A program made the translations under genes and the position numbers. Under the pieces are notes generated by a model, which saw only the letters and a list, made by a program, of their open reading frames with translations, was not told where the DNA came from and searched no databases. This document shows positions 12,756-25,319 of a stretch of 64,000 nt of DNA, one piece after another; position 1 is the stretch's first letter; every line of letters begins with the position of its first letter. The stretch is from positions 113,956,001 to 114,020,000 of the forward strand of contig OX597815.1 in NCBI GenBank assembly GCA_951406725.2, read 5' to 3'. The stretch comes from Octopus vulgaris (taxonomy: Eukaryota).

Positions 12756-14658
12756 ATGAATGTAAACGTTTGTGTTTATATGTGTGTATGTAAATATTTG
12801 TGTGCCTTCAAAAGCCAAGGAGTGTTTGATTTAATTTGTATTTCCCCCTTGTCTTCACTTGTGTTGGCTGATTTTAAACTAAAATGTAGATATCATTGTT
12901 TGTTAGCAGTCCTCCATGAAAATCAAGTAAAGGCTTCTTTACATATCTGAACATGTTGCACAATCTTTGTAATCAAAAGGCTCATTTAAATGTTTGTTTT
13001 CAGTTTTCCCCATAACCATTGTTTGATAGACTGGAGGATTATTATCTTGCTTCGAAACGAGTGAGGGTTGATGTCAAGAAGGGCATCTAGTCTTAAAATA
13101 CTCTGCCCTGCTGTAGTCTCATTTAATCCTTGCTAGCATAGAAAAGTAGACATTAAAACAGGGATGAGGGAAACCCCAGCTCGTGTGTGCAATTGCACCT
13201 GCGACCCATTTTATTGGACCCACAGGCTGGTATATTCGTTTGTACAAAATATATCAAATTTTTCAATTATAAAATTTGTACAATTTCCGATGCCTATTTT
13301 TGATATAGGTCGCATTTCTACCATGACTTAAAACGGACTCGAACAGAAAATTGTCCGGTAATTGCCATTTGAATAGAAATTTTGGTTTCAACTATAAAAC
13401 ACTTATTAGGTTTGTACCACCCCCTTGAGACTCAACTACATTAGCTGAAAAATATAGATTACCTCATGGCAAGTAATATAAACGTCCTAAATTCGGTGGT
13501 GGTGTTAATGAAGATGTTAGGCGTTAATTTAATGTGTTAAGTTTATCTTTATTAATGTATGTCAATACAAGATTTACACAGATGTAAGAGGTAGAACTTG
13601 TGATCTGCCTGAGGACCTTTTTCTTTGGAAATTGTTTTCCCGCTGCATGAAAAAGTTTCCCTACCCTGCATTAAAACAACGGTTATATATATATGTATAA
13701 TTGTGTGTGTGACTACATTCATACGTATATATTACATATACTTTCTCTTGTTCTTACTCTTTATCTCTCTCTGTCTTGATTTTTCTCTGTCCTTTTCCCC
13801 AACTTCATTCTTTTACCAAGAGAGAGATCAATAGTCTTTCTAATGTTATTCTCTTTAAACTTTTACTAAATTCATTCAACATTAACATCGATATACCTCT
13901 ATATATCATCTATAATTAGTTCATGTACACATACACACACACACACACACTCACTATCTCTCTCTTTCATACACATGCACACCCCACTCCAATATATCTT
14001 CGAATCTTTTGCAAAATTAATAATCTAATATTACATTGTTCTCATCTGTTTTGTTTTCTTCTTTCTGTTTTCTTTTCTTTCACTATCAGTTCCTTTCTGT
14101 TTTATTTCATTCCATGTATCCATATTTTTCTCTATATTTTTCTATATCGTTTTATTTTGCAACTTGCATTTTAAAGTATTCATATATTTCATTGAACCAT
14201 CTTCATTGAAAGGTTATCTGTCTAAAAACACTAATATTTTAAAGGCAGACTCCAGTGAACCAAATATAGGACATAGGCATGCTACCTCTGATTTTAAGCT
14301 CACATCAGTTAATTACTTCCATATAAATTGCACAAAAACTGAGTTATGGCAAATTTTCATTTCATGAATATGATTTCTATCTGTATCAAAGTAAGTTTTT
14401 TTTTTAATCTTCATCTTTTTCAAGCAATTTGGGAAATACTTCTGATGTCTCAAGTTTTAGTTTGGATCATGCATTCCTTTTTCTTTTTTCTTTTTTTTTA
14501 ATTTATACTGAGTTACTTGTGCTCAGTACTTCAACAGTTGTCATCTTCACATGATTGATTATAAGACATTGTGCTCTCAGTAGTAGAATATTCTTCATAA
14601 ATTTAAGCTGTGTATCCATTATTTCCTGCCCACTATTTCCTGGAAGGTCATGGAGGCA

Positions 14659-14719
14659 GTCCTCAGATGCCTCTTCTACAGGGTCCTGTCCTCAGATGCC
14701 TCTTCTACAGGGTCCTGTC
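14659..14719. repeat. Exact 29-bp tandem duplication
   Basis: GTCCTCAGATGCCTCTTCTACAGGGTCCT occurs twice. Confidence 0.95.
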
Positions 14720-15206
14720 ATATGTAACTGACATACTTTCTGGCTGGGCTCCCAAATATGACCAGCTGAGACTAGATATACATGTCCATAGTTCTGGAGC
14801 TGTGATATCTCAATGCAGAGAAGTAACAGCTTAATCTTGATTAAAACTGTGCATAGTATTTTTAAATATTTCTGTATCTGTTTCATTATGTAAGACAGGT
14901 CTTAATTTTTGGATGTTGTGTAAATTGTTAAAGCATGTAATTTACTCCTAAGTTGTTACATGCTTTACAACAAGTATTATTATTGTGTAATGTAGGTGCA
15001 GGTTTGGCTAGGCACAGAAATGGCTCTGTGGTTAAGAGTTTTGCTTCACTGCCATTTGGTTTTAGGTTCAGTCCCACTCAGTGGTACCTTGGCACATGCC
15101 TTGTGAGTGAATCTTGTGAGATAGAAACTAGTAAGCCTACCATGTGTGTGTATTATACTTTTACAAGAAGACTTTGAAGTTATGACCTGCTAACCTTCAT
15201 ATGTAG

Positions 15207-15590
15207 GGCACATGCCTATGTGTGTGATTAAGAAGCTTGCTTCCCAACCACAAGCTTTCAGATTCAGTTCCACTGTGTGACACCTTGAGCATATGTTTTC
15301 TGCTATAGCCTTGAGCCAATCAAAGCCTTGTGCGTGGATATAGTAAACAGAAACTGAAAGACGCCCATCATATGTGTGTGTGTTTATGCATCCTTGTTTT
15401 GACATCATGCAATAAGTAAATGAGTTTTACTGTCATCTAAGCTGTCCCATTTATTTCATCTATGAAAACATGTCTAACTATGGAGAAATGTTCACCTTAT
15501 TTGGAAACAGGCGAGGATTAGTGACAGTAAAAGCATCTGACCATAGAAATCCTCCTTCAATGACCTCTGCAGCATGGAAAAGTGTGTGTG
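15207..15590 (+). mobile_element. SINE with family B head and an alternative 3' part
   Basis: AAGAAGCTTGCTTCCCAACC head and AAAGCCTTGTG..GAAACTGAAAG body, then GGAAACAGG...AGCATGGAAAAGTG tail. Confidence 0.7.
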
Positions 15591-17946
15591 CACATGTAAA
15601 TGTTGATACTTCTCTTTTCAACATTTGAACAAAATGATGGTGATGTTTATATTCTATGTTACTATGTTGACATTGTGTATGACTGGTTAATCCGCATATT
15701 CAAAAATCTGTGGAATATAAGAATCCCCTTCTTGAAAATTGGGTATGGATTAGCAACAGGAAGGCAACTGGCTGTAAAATCCTACCTCAAAATCATTTCT
15801 TGACCAAGCTATGCTAGCATGGAAACATGGCCATCAAACAAATGGAAAGGTTGTCCGTTTGAAGCATGTACAAAGATATGTTATGTAGAAGCTGAAACCT
15901 CATTTATTATACTGCTGTTAGTTTGTTTTGCTAGGTATTTTGTTAAAGTATTCAGCCAATTATTGTTTAAGAACAGGATATTTGAGAATAAATTACTCAG
16001 TTAAATTAGTCAGAGAAGCTATCTGCATAGAAAAAAAAAAACAAACGATGTTAGTGTTAATATATCTAATGCAGCAACTGTCAAAAATCTAATGAGAAAT
16101 AATTACGCAGTGTAGTATTAGTCATCAATGACTTGATTTTTTAAAAATTATTCTGGCAAGTACAGAACTTTGGATATGTTTTAGTTTTATTAAAACTTCT
16201 GTTTGAAAGTTTTCTCTGCTGGAATTCTTTTTCCTTTTTAAACAAAACCAAAAAAAAAAAAAAATTAAAATTCTATTGAATCTAGGCTCTATATTCCAGA
16301 CATTTGTTGCTTTCATTTTATATAGAAAAATTCAAAACATGAATTTCTGTATAGTTTTCAATTGGAACTTATCTGAAAAGAGCTACTTTCAACATGGTGT
16401 TTAAAGTGATATTGAGAGTTCTTTCATTGTTTTTATTGTTGTTGTTTTTTTTGTCCTTTTTCATGATTGTAATAAGTATATGGGTATGCTACAGAACAGT
16501 TTTAATCTGGTTTTTTACCTTGCCAAAATGAGATGCTATCTCCTGCTTAAGGTAACATACACTTAGTTTAAGCTCATGTCAAAATCTTGTATATTATTAA
16601 ATTACAGACTATTTTGTATGGTAAAGTATCACACTTCAGAGTAAAAGCAAGTAGATTCAATAATAATTGGTAACACAGCTTTTTGTTTCTTTCCTTCTCT
16701 CCCCACCCTCCAGTGTTACAAGTGCAGTTAAATTGCCATCAAAACATCATACTAAGTCAGTAAATGAAAATTTCCACAAGCCAACATTAGAGCCTCTATG
16801 TGTTAATGTTACAAAAAGGGTTGTACATAAAATTATGATAGGGTATTACTTTAAATATGAGCTTCAGGAAAGAAAAAGCCATTTTGTATCAGAGAATGAG
16901 TAGCAGTCAGAAGCATGTTCGTATCAAGGGGTTAAACATGGATGATAATTTCTAAACTATTAGTGTCCTATGGTTGAAGATTTACATCATCATCTATTTG
17001 TCTGTCTGTATTACATTAAGTAAATTACAGTGTTGCTGGTACAGGCTTTTGATAACATTTCCCTGTTACTGTTGACTCTAACTACTTAATACCAGACCTA
17101 ACTGTAGCATTGATTGAGTTATCTTGGCAACACAGCTTGTCTGTATCTTCTAGATTTCTAGACAACCCTGATAACATGAATGGTGACTAATTCTTTTGAT
17201 ATGACTGTTTCTAGATAATCTATATTCTTTATGGTAATTCCTGAGGAATCTATATTCTTTAAAGCAATTCCTGCAAAACAGATTGAAGTGTTATCTGTAT
17301 GGTTTTGGCCAGAAGGAATTCTAAGTGATGACTAATCTTGAGAATGAAAAATGAAACCATATGAAAGTTTGGGGATTTTTTTTCAAAATTCTTAAACTTT
17401 ACATCACATTTGATATTCTTCCTCATTATTAATAAAATATCTAGAATTTACTGAATTCTTATATTTTCCAAAAATGACTCTACATTCTCACAATGTTTGA
17501 TATTCCACATATGTACACACTAGGATATAGTATTCTTTCAAAGCTGAGGAATCTTTACTCTATTACCACTGAAATGTATGTTTCACATATGTGTAATTTG
17601 TTCAGGTGATGATGTGCAACCAAATATACATGTGTGTATGAGAGAGAGAGAGACAGAGAGAAAGAGATTCTATATTTAGTCATTATCTGAGTTCTATCTG
17701 TAATCACTGATCTATTTTGTTTACCTATGTACTGTGATATTTTCTCATTAGTATCTATTTTGTAGATTCATGGGTTTCTGTAATGTTTAAAGTTCATCCC
17801 ATGATTAGGTTTTGCAATGCCCAATATCATTGCTGCTTGACAATGTAGGAAATTGGTACTCCAAAGAAGCTGATTTCTCTTTTGATTCCTAGGAAAGACA
17901 GTTTTAGAAGTTGCAATGAAGGAAATTCATCTAGGCAAGCAGCAAA

Positions 17947-18167
17947 CCTTTTAGTGTTCAGATTACTCTGTTAAATGTAATATTTTTTTTACTCAAATTA
18001 TTTTGAATTAATCATGCATTATCTTATAGCTTTGAAGTTTCAATGATGTGATTGTTTATTTTTAGAATGTCAATGTAGGTTAGGTGTGAGAAGCTAGATA
18101 TCGCCAGTTTGAATATAAAATATGTGGAATGTTTGGGCCAGATATGGCCGGTTTAAACACTAAAGGG
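17947..18167. mobile_element. TTAA MITE, copy 2
   Basis: CCTTTTAGTG ... CACTAAAGGG|TTAA; body homologous to copy 1. Confidence 0.85.
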
Positions 18168-19726
18168 TTAATATTGATATTTAGTGAAGATGCGCTTTGT
18201 GCTAAAATCTAATCATACAGCTCAGTGCATTCACTCGTAACTCTAACAAAATTAGCTAGGCTGATACCTGTTATGTGTATTGTCAGGTGTCATTCCACAA
18301 CAATGTTCCCTATTAGTTGTGTGCGAGTGGACCCATTTTACAACTAGCACTTAAAAAGATTTTTTTTTAAATGTATATACAGTTTCCAAGATGAAACTAT
18401 TTTTTTTAAATGGAGATGGTTACTTGCATGGATGCACACATATTCTCATAACATTTTAATCACATGTCCATAGTATCAGAGTTGTAACCTTTCAATGCAA
18501 AATAGTGGCTTGACCTAGAAAGGTTCCTTGATCTTCAGGTTACACACAATATCAAGTAATGTTAGTGAGCACCCCACCCCAGCAAAAGATTAGAGGGAAC
18601 ATTGCTCCACCACTGCCAACGACAGCACAGTAGAAGATAGATTTAGTAAGGTGAGAGGTACTTAAAAGATTCCACACCACAAAGAAACATGTACAAATTC
18701 CTCTGAATAAGCAAGAAATCTAGTATTGATGGTATAAATATATTCTTAATAGGGAAGCAGATAGCTGCAGGCAGTTATTGTTTAGCCTCAGGTGAGCCCT
18801 GGTTCAACAGACATGATCAAAAGAGTTGAAGTCATGATCATCATATACAGGTTTTTTTGTTTTTTTTATAGTGTATCAAGGACTACATTAACCTGATAAT
18901 GCACATCAGATTCAATTTAAGACAATAAGAAACTACCAATTAGCAAAATTCTTGCATCTGTAATTTTTGACTATCTTCCATAAGTAGAACTAATTGATAA
19001 GCAAAACGGAGCAGTATTATGTGGAATTTGTAGAGGTTACCTCTATAATTAATAATGGATAATGTTACCATTGGAATTTTGTCATGCTGGGAAAACACCA
19101 AAACAGGTACACTAGTCTGATGGTGGCTATGACCATGGTACAAGAAAGGGAGAGAAATCAAATATTTTGGAATTCTGCTAATTGAATTATCAAATAGAAC
19201 AATCTAACATGGGTCTACCAGGGATTCTTGCTGAGATATTTAAGTAGGGCAAGGTTATGTGTATGCTAATTACTCCTTTAATTGGTCTGATAATGCAGGA
19301 ATGTTATTCTAAATTATCAACACAACAGTATTATGAGCATTAGCTGCAAGGGCAAAGGTAGTGTATTAAAGGAGGCCATAACTGATGGGCCAAGTCTCTC
19401 ATGCAAATTTCTTTTTAAATGTATTAGTGTTGTCAGCTCAGAATAGAGCTGGCTTTGTGGAACCTCTATTCATGATTTCTTGCTCGGGTAACAGTTCAAA
19501 TTGAACTCTAACTATATATGTTTCTTAGACTCAAGGCTACACATTCTAAAGATATGTGCAGTCAATTATATTGACCTCAGTTTATGACAGAATTATTTGT
19601 AAGGATCAAGAGAAAAGTCAACTTCATGTGATTTGAACTCAGAATCTAAAGTGACATTACTCAGTACTACAATTCAATTTGTCTGATGCTCTATCAATTC
19701 TGTTAATTCAATGGCCTCCTTATTAA

Positions 19727-19930
19727 CTCTTTAGCATTCAGATTACTCTGTCTTACTTATTCACATCGCTTAGAATTAATCATAGATTATCTCATAGCTT
19801 CAAGATTTCAAGGATGTGATAATATTTAGAATGACATTATTGAGTAGGTGTGATAGGTTGGACTTGGCCAGCCTGAACATAAAACAGGGAGAGTATTTGA
19901 TCAGATATGGCTAACTTAAATGCTAAAGGG
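19727..19930. mobile_element. TTAA MITE, copy 3
   Basis: TTAA|CTCTTTAGCA ... TGCTAAAGGG|TTAA. Confidence 0.85.
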
Positions 19931-21563
19931 TTAATAACATCAATAAAGTGTCCTTATTTTCTCACTTGAGAGGGCCTGGAATGGATGTGGTCACTATTTT
20001 CTTAGACTAATGGACTAAATTACCATTTTCAAAAGAAGTGACTTCCTAAACTGTTTGGTTTTATACTATGACAAAAATTTTTACAAGATCCTTTTTCTCT
20101 GCTTTGCCTGTTAACTCCTTCAGATAAACAGCAGCTAAGTTTTTGACCATTATATCTTTTTAAAATTTATCACGAACTTGATCCTGTTGATAAAAGAAAA
20201 ATACAAGTGCTCAACAATAAAGCATTTATTTTGGTATTTATCTAGTGTGTCTGGTGATGTAGCATATGTGAAAGTAGGAACTGGAAAGTAAGAGAAACAG
20301 GATATTTTATATTTTGAAGTGCACTATATAACTTTCATTTGTTTGCTATCTGAGAACTTTTCCTGGAAAACTTCTTTTACATCATTTTGACTAATTCCTC
20401 TTGTTATCATCTTTCCTATCAGTACAAGTGTTTCATTGCTTCCTGTTAGCAATATAGACATATTTAGTGGAAATGCCTTAATGTAAGTTAAAAGTCAGAG
20501 ATTTTTTTTCTGTTTTTCCCTTTTCTTTCTGTGCCTGTCTCTTTAAACTATAATTTGGTATTTATATTGGCAAAAACTAGGCCAAGCAATGAAAGAAGTA
20601 TTGTATGTTTTGGGGTTTTTTTTCCCACCAAGGTCAGTATTAGTTTTGAGGGTGGTGTCTTAACAGTTATAATTAGACCTTTACACATACTCACACATAA
20701 TTGCTACACTTAGGTTATATTGTAGTTTTTGTAATACTACTTTAATTAAATGTATTATTGATTTATTTTATTCCATATATAATGAAAACTGAACTTTTAA
20801 GATAATATCTTTTTCCACTTAAAGACAACTTCTAACACAAATAATGAAAAAAAAGTGATTTCTAACTTTGGCACAAGCCCACAAATTTATTCTCAATATA
20901 TCACTGGTATGTAATCATCCTTAGAGGATTAAAAGTTACAGTTGGCCTCAATGGAATTTGAACTCAACACATACAAAAACCATAACCATATGCTACAAGA
21001 CACAGTTGTTTGTGCCATATGTCAATACCACCACCACCACCTCCACCAGCAATAATAATTATTATCATTACTTCTAAATATGCTGCAAGGGTAACAAAAA
21101 TCATTTAATGTTCATTTTCCATACTGGCATGGGTTGGATGGTTTGACAGGGGCTGCACCAGGTTGCTTTGTCTGTTTTGACTTGGTTTCTACAGCTGGAT
21201 GCCCTTCCTAATGCCAACCACTTTACAGAGTGTACAGGATGCTTTTTATGTAGGACCAGCACCAGTTCTCATTATGTGGCACCATCACACACAAGTTATT
21301 ACTTGTGGATCCATAGATACGCATATGCTGTCTTGTACACATACATAAATGTTTAAAGATAAACATCATTTTTCATATATATATATATATATATATAATA
21401 GTTATCGCCATACTAATATGGCATTCTTATAAAAATAAGAATAAAGCTGTCCGCTTATTAGCTCCATGAGGCCATCGCCTTAAGTTAGCTATTTGATACA
21501 CAAACTGTATCCATATAACCTTCGAACAAGGGAGGTCAGTCGCTCCACACTACTTGACCGGCA

Positions 21564-21605
21564 GCTACAGACGCGTTTCGGGGTATTGCCCCTTTTCAAT
21601 GCATC
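21564..21605 (-). ncRNA. Second copy of the minimal type I hammerhead ribozyme, on the opposite strand
   Basis: Reverse complement reads GATGCA-TTGAAAA-GGGG-CAATA-CCCC-GAAAC-GC-GTC-TGTAGC; one stem I mismatch relative to the + copy. Confidence 0.75.
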
Positions 21606-22069
21606 GTAGCCAGACCAGTAGGTGTCGCTTCTGACAATCTCTGTTCGAAGGTTTTATTCACCTAGCTTCGGTGGAATACATCCACTTGTTTTCAATAATA
21701 GAAATATTAAAATTACTAAGTCTCTCTAAAAGAGAACAATGGCAGCGTTCCCGGAAAATAATAGTTATCGCCATACTAATATGGCATTCTTATAAAAATA
21801 AGAATAAAGCTGTCCGCTTATTAGCTCCATGAGGCCATCGCCTTAAGTTAAATATTTGATACACAAACTGTATCCATATAACCTTCGAACAAGTATTAGT
21901 ATGGCGATAACTATTATTTTCCAGGAACGCTGCCATTGTTCTCTTTTAGAGAGACTTAGTAATTTTAATATTTCTATTATTGAAAACAAGTGGATGTATT
22001 CCACCGAAGCTAGGTAAATAAAACCTTCGAACAGAGATTGTCAGAAGCGACACCTACTGGTCTGGCTAC

Positions 22070-22111
22070 GCTGCATTGAAAAGGGGCAATACCCCGAAAC
22101 GCGTCTGTAGC
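22070..22111 (+). ncRNA. Minimal type I hammerhead ribozyme (U3-A8 variant); predicted cleavage after GUC at 22105
   Basis: GCTGCA-TTGAAAA-GGGG-CAATA-CCCC-GAAAC-GC-GTC-TGTAGC: stem I GCUGCA/UGUAGC, core UUGAAAA, stem II GGGG/CCCC, GAAA, short palindromic stem III ACGCGU. Confidence 0.8.
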
Positions 22112-22337
22112 TGCCGGTCAAGTAGTGTGGAGCGACTGACCTCCCTTGTTCGAAGGTTATATGGATACAGTTTGTGTATCAAATAGCTAACTTAAGGCGA
22201 TGGCCTCATGGAGCTAATAAGCGGACAGCTTTATTCTTATTTTTATAAGAATGCCATATTAGTATGGCGATAACTATTATTTTCCGGGAACGCTGCCGTT
22301 GTTCTCTTTTAGAGAGACTTAGTAATTTTAATATTTC

Positions 22338-22384
<47 letters not shown>

Positions 22385-23639
22385 CATACAGTGGAACTTC
22401 AGTGTTTATGAATGTCTCTCATCATGAACAAATGAGATTATGAACAATTTTTCAAACATAAAAAACCTCTTGGATGATGAACAATTTTGAGTAACAAACA
22501 TGCAAGCCAACAGCAACAGTTAACAAACTAAGAGTATCAGTTGCTGTCTAGCTTTTGCTCAGTGCACACGACTACTCAAATTTGCTGTGACTTTTCCTGT
22601 GGGAAAAATAGTTTAGGTTTAGTAAATTCATAAAGCAAGGTTGCACTCTGTGTGTATGTGTGTGCGCGTATAACAAATGATAGAGATAGAAAATGGGATA
22701 TATGAGAAGCTTTATTGCTTACAATGATTGTTTTGATCCACCCTGCACCGATTCCTTGTAGGTGGGATACTTTACAACTGGTTGTGGTGCATGCCTTGGT
22801 GCAGAAGTGTCTTGTCAAGTGATTTCACAAAGGGTATTTCTTTAAATAAACCCTTTTCCGCTTGGTTTTGATACAGCATACTGTTAGTAACTATAGGCTT
22901 AAGCCCAACTACCCATTTATTATACATGTATTGTGTTTATCACAAAATAGGGTTATGATTAAATGGATATAAAATGAAACAATTATTTGGAACAAATATA
23001 CCATCATTCTCAATATAACCTTTTTGTGTGTAAACTTCAAACAAAGTGGTCTACTTACAAAGAACTAAAGTTTTAAAATCATTTAAAATTTGTATGGGAA
23101 CATTTTTCAGGAACTACTACACATTACAGCACTTATATAACAAAGAATTTCAAACAATGTCATTTCCCACTGATGGACTAACGTGGAAAACTTATGCTTG
23201 TGTTGGATATATTTTCTCACTTTGTCTTTTCACTGTGTGCATGCTCACACACACACACACATATTTATTATGCACATATGATATATATATGTGTGTGTAT
23301 GTATGTATGAGGTTCTAAAGATCTGCCCACATCAGCGAAACTGAGCACTAGAAGCATTGTATCCCACACCCACAAGTAACAGCAAACTTTCCACACACTC
23401 TACCTCAAGAAACTGAACTACATCCCCTCTTCTAAACTTCATCTTTCTCTTCCTCACATTTCCTCTTCATAAACTATGATTGTCTTCCAATCTCCTTCTT
23501 ACTGCCCTGCTCACTGTATTGCTGCTTTCCCTCACCCCATTTTTATACCCAGGTTTTTGCCCGTTGCTACAATCTCCACTCTCTACTTGCACCTTCTTAG
23601 CAACACCTAGGACACATGGGACAAGGTGGTGAAGCATGA

Positions 23640-24097
23640 TCTTCGAACTTCGAGCCTCACAGAGGCAAGGGTTTGTGACCGAGACCTTTGGTGATGTGCT
23701 ATGCTTGAGAAAACCTGTCAAGCCAAGTGAAATCATAGTCATGATAACTGGTACCTGTGCTGGTGGTATGTAAAGAACACCTTTTGAGTGTTGGGCCTTA
23801 CAAAGGTAAAGTGGCTGAGTTCCTTTCGAGTGTTAGGCCTTACGGAAGCAATGACAGACCTTTGGAATTATGTCATGCTTGAGAAGAAGACCCATCAATC
23901 CAAGCAAAATTGCAGTTGTGGTAGATACCAGTGTCATGCTAATGGCACGTAAAAGCACCCATTACACTCTCGGAGTGGTTGGCATAAGGACGATCATCCA
24001 GCCATAGAAAACCATGCCAAATCAGACTGGAATCTGGTGCAGCCTTCCAGCCTAGTCAAACCGTCCAGCATGAACAACAGATGTTAAATGACGATGA

Positions 24098-24098
<1 letters not shown>
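23640..24098 (+). mobile_element. SINE-like repeat family D ((GAT)n tail, RTE-like 3' end)
   Basis: GAGTGGTTGGCAT.AGGA...ATCCAGCC.TAGAAA...CCAGCATG...GTTAAATGACGATGAT. Copies at about 6440, 9218, 21100, 32315-32680, 33748-34165, 43455 and 63463 on both strands. Confidence 0.7.
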
Positions 24099-24128
<30 letters not shown>

Positions 24129-24214
24129 GTGTGTGTGTGTATGTATGTATATGTGTGTGTGTATGTATATATATATATATATATACGTATGTATGTGTGT
24201 GTATATATGTGTGT

Positions 24215-24500
24215 GTGTGTCTGTGCATCACTAAAACTCGAGAACTACCCAACCGATTTCATTAAAATTTTATAAATGCCTTACTTAGGGTCCATGCAGT
24301 GTCATGGACCAAAAGAATTTTCAACTCCTTTCCTAATGCGAGCTCAGAGCAATCTCTTATCTCTTACACTATTTCAAAATTACTTGTCAAAAGTAGGACA
24401 ATAACATCGCTATTATGATGTGAGATAATACTTTCAGCTTTAATGGGTTTCACTATTAATACGTTCACTTTGTATATGTATATTACTTTCATTTCTATTA
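24215..24500 (+). mobile_element. Helitron/DINE-like non-autonomous fragment
   Basis: GT/CTGT microsatellite followed by AAAACTCGAGAACTACCCAACCGATTTCATTAAAATTT, which resembles the core of such elements; ends unclear. Confidence 0.45.
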
Positions 24501-24874
24501 ATTTCAATATTATTTGTAGCAGGTCTAGACAGTCCTATCTGCCCTATGTCAGTACTTATTCATAGTTATTATCCTAGACAAGTAACCTACAATGCAGTTT
24601 GCAAGGTTCTCATCTCATATACGTATATAAACTTACATGCATGTGTACATAAACACATACATGCAAGCACACACATTTATTTTAATGTTTCTAGATTCAT
24701 TTCTAACCCAAATTTGATATTCTATATATAAAATTGAGTAGTTTCAAATACTGTTCTTCCCCACGAAAGTATATTTTGGTATATTTTGAGAAATATCTAT
24801 TTATATGTCATATAGTAATTTGTTTCATTCATTTATCTTTCTTTTTCTACTGTCTAGTAGAATATCTTTTTATC

Positions 24875-25268
24875 TTTTACTTGCTTCAGTCATTACACTG
24901 CAGCCATTCTGGGGCACCACCTTAAAGAATTTTTAGTCAAATGTATTGACTGCAGTACTTTTTTTTTTCTTTTTCTTTAAAGCCTGGCAATTATTATTTC
25001 AGTTTGTTTTGCCAAACTGCTAAGTTACAAGCATATAAACACACCAGCACCAGTTTTCAAGCAGTGGGTGTGGGACAAACACACACACACAGATATTTAC
25101 ATATATATGACGTGCTTCTTTCAGTGTCTATCTACCAAATCCACTAACAAGGCTTTGGTCAGCTTGAGGCTACAGTAGAAGACTCCTGCCCAAGGTGCCA
25201 CGCAAGGGGACTGAACCCAGAGCAATGTGGTTGGGAAGCAAGCTTCTATCAATACTGCCACAGCTGTT
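24875..25268 (-). mobile_element. tRNA-derived SINE, family B (reverse)
   Basis: Reverse complement of the family B consensus (GGGACTGAACCC, GGTTGGGAAGCAAGCTTCT). Confidence 0.85.
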
Positions 25269-25319
25269 CCCATAACTTTTTGTTTTGTCTTTGTTCAGCA
25301 GAAGTAATTATTAAATGTA

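Larger units (their letters stand above)
21396..22343. mobile_element. Hammerhead-ribozyme-containing 363-bp repeat in tandem and inverted arrangement within (TA)n; Penelope-like pLTR or retrozyme-like element
   Basis: GTTATCGCCATACT recurs at 21401 and 21764 (period 363). 21894-22343 is the reverse complement of the same unit with a few substitutions. (TA)n lies on both flanks, and each arm has one hammerhead motif. Confidence 0.85.
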
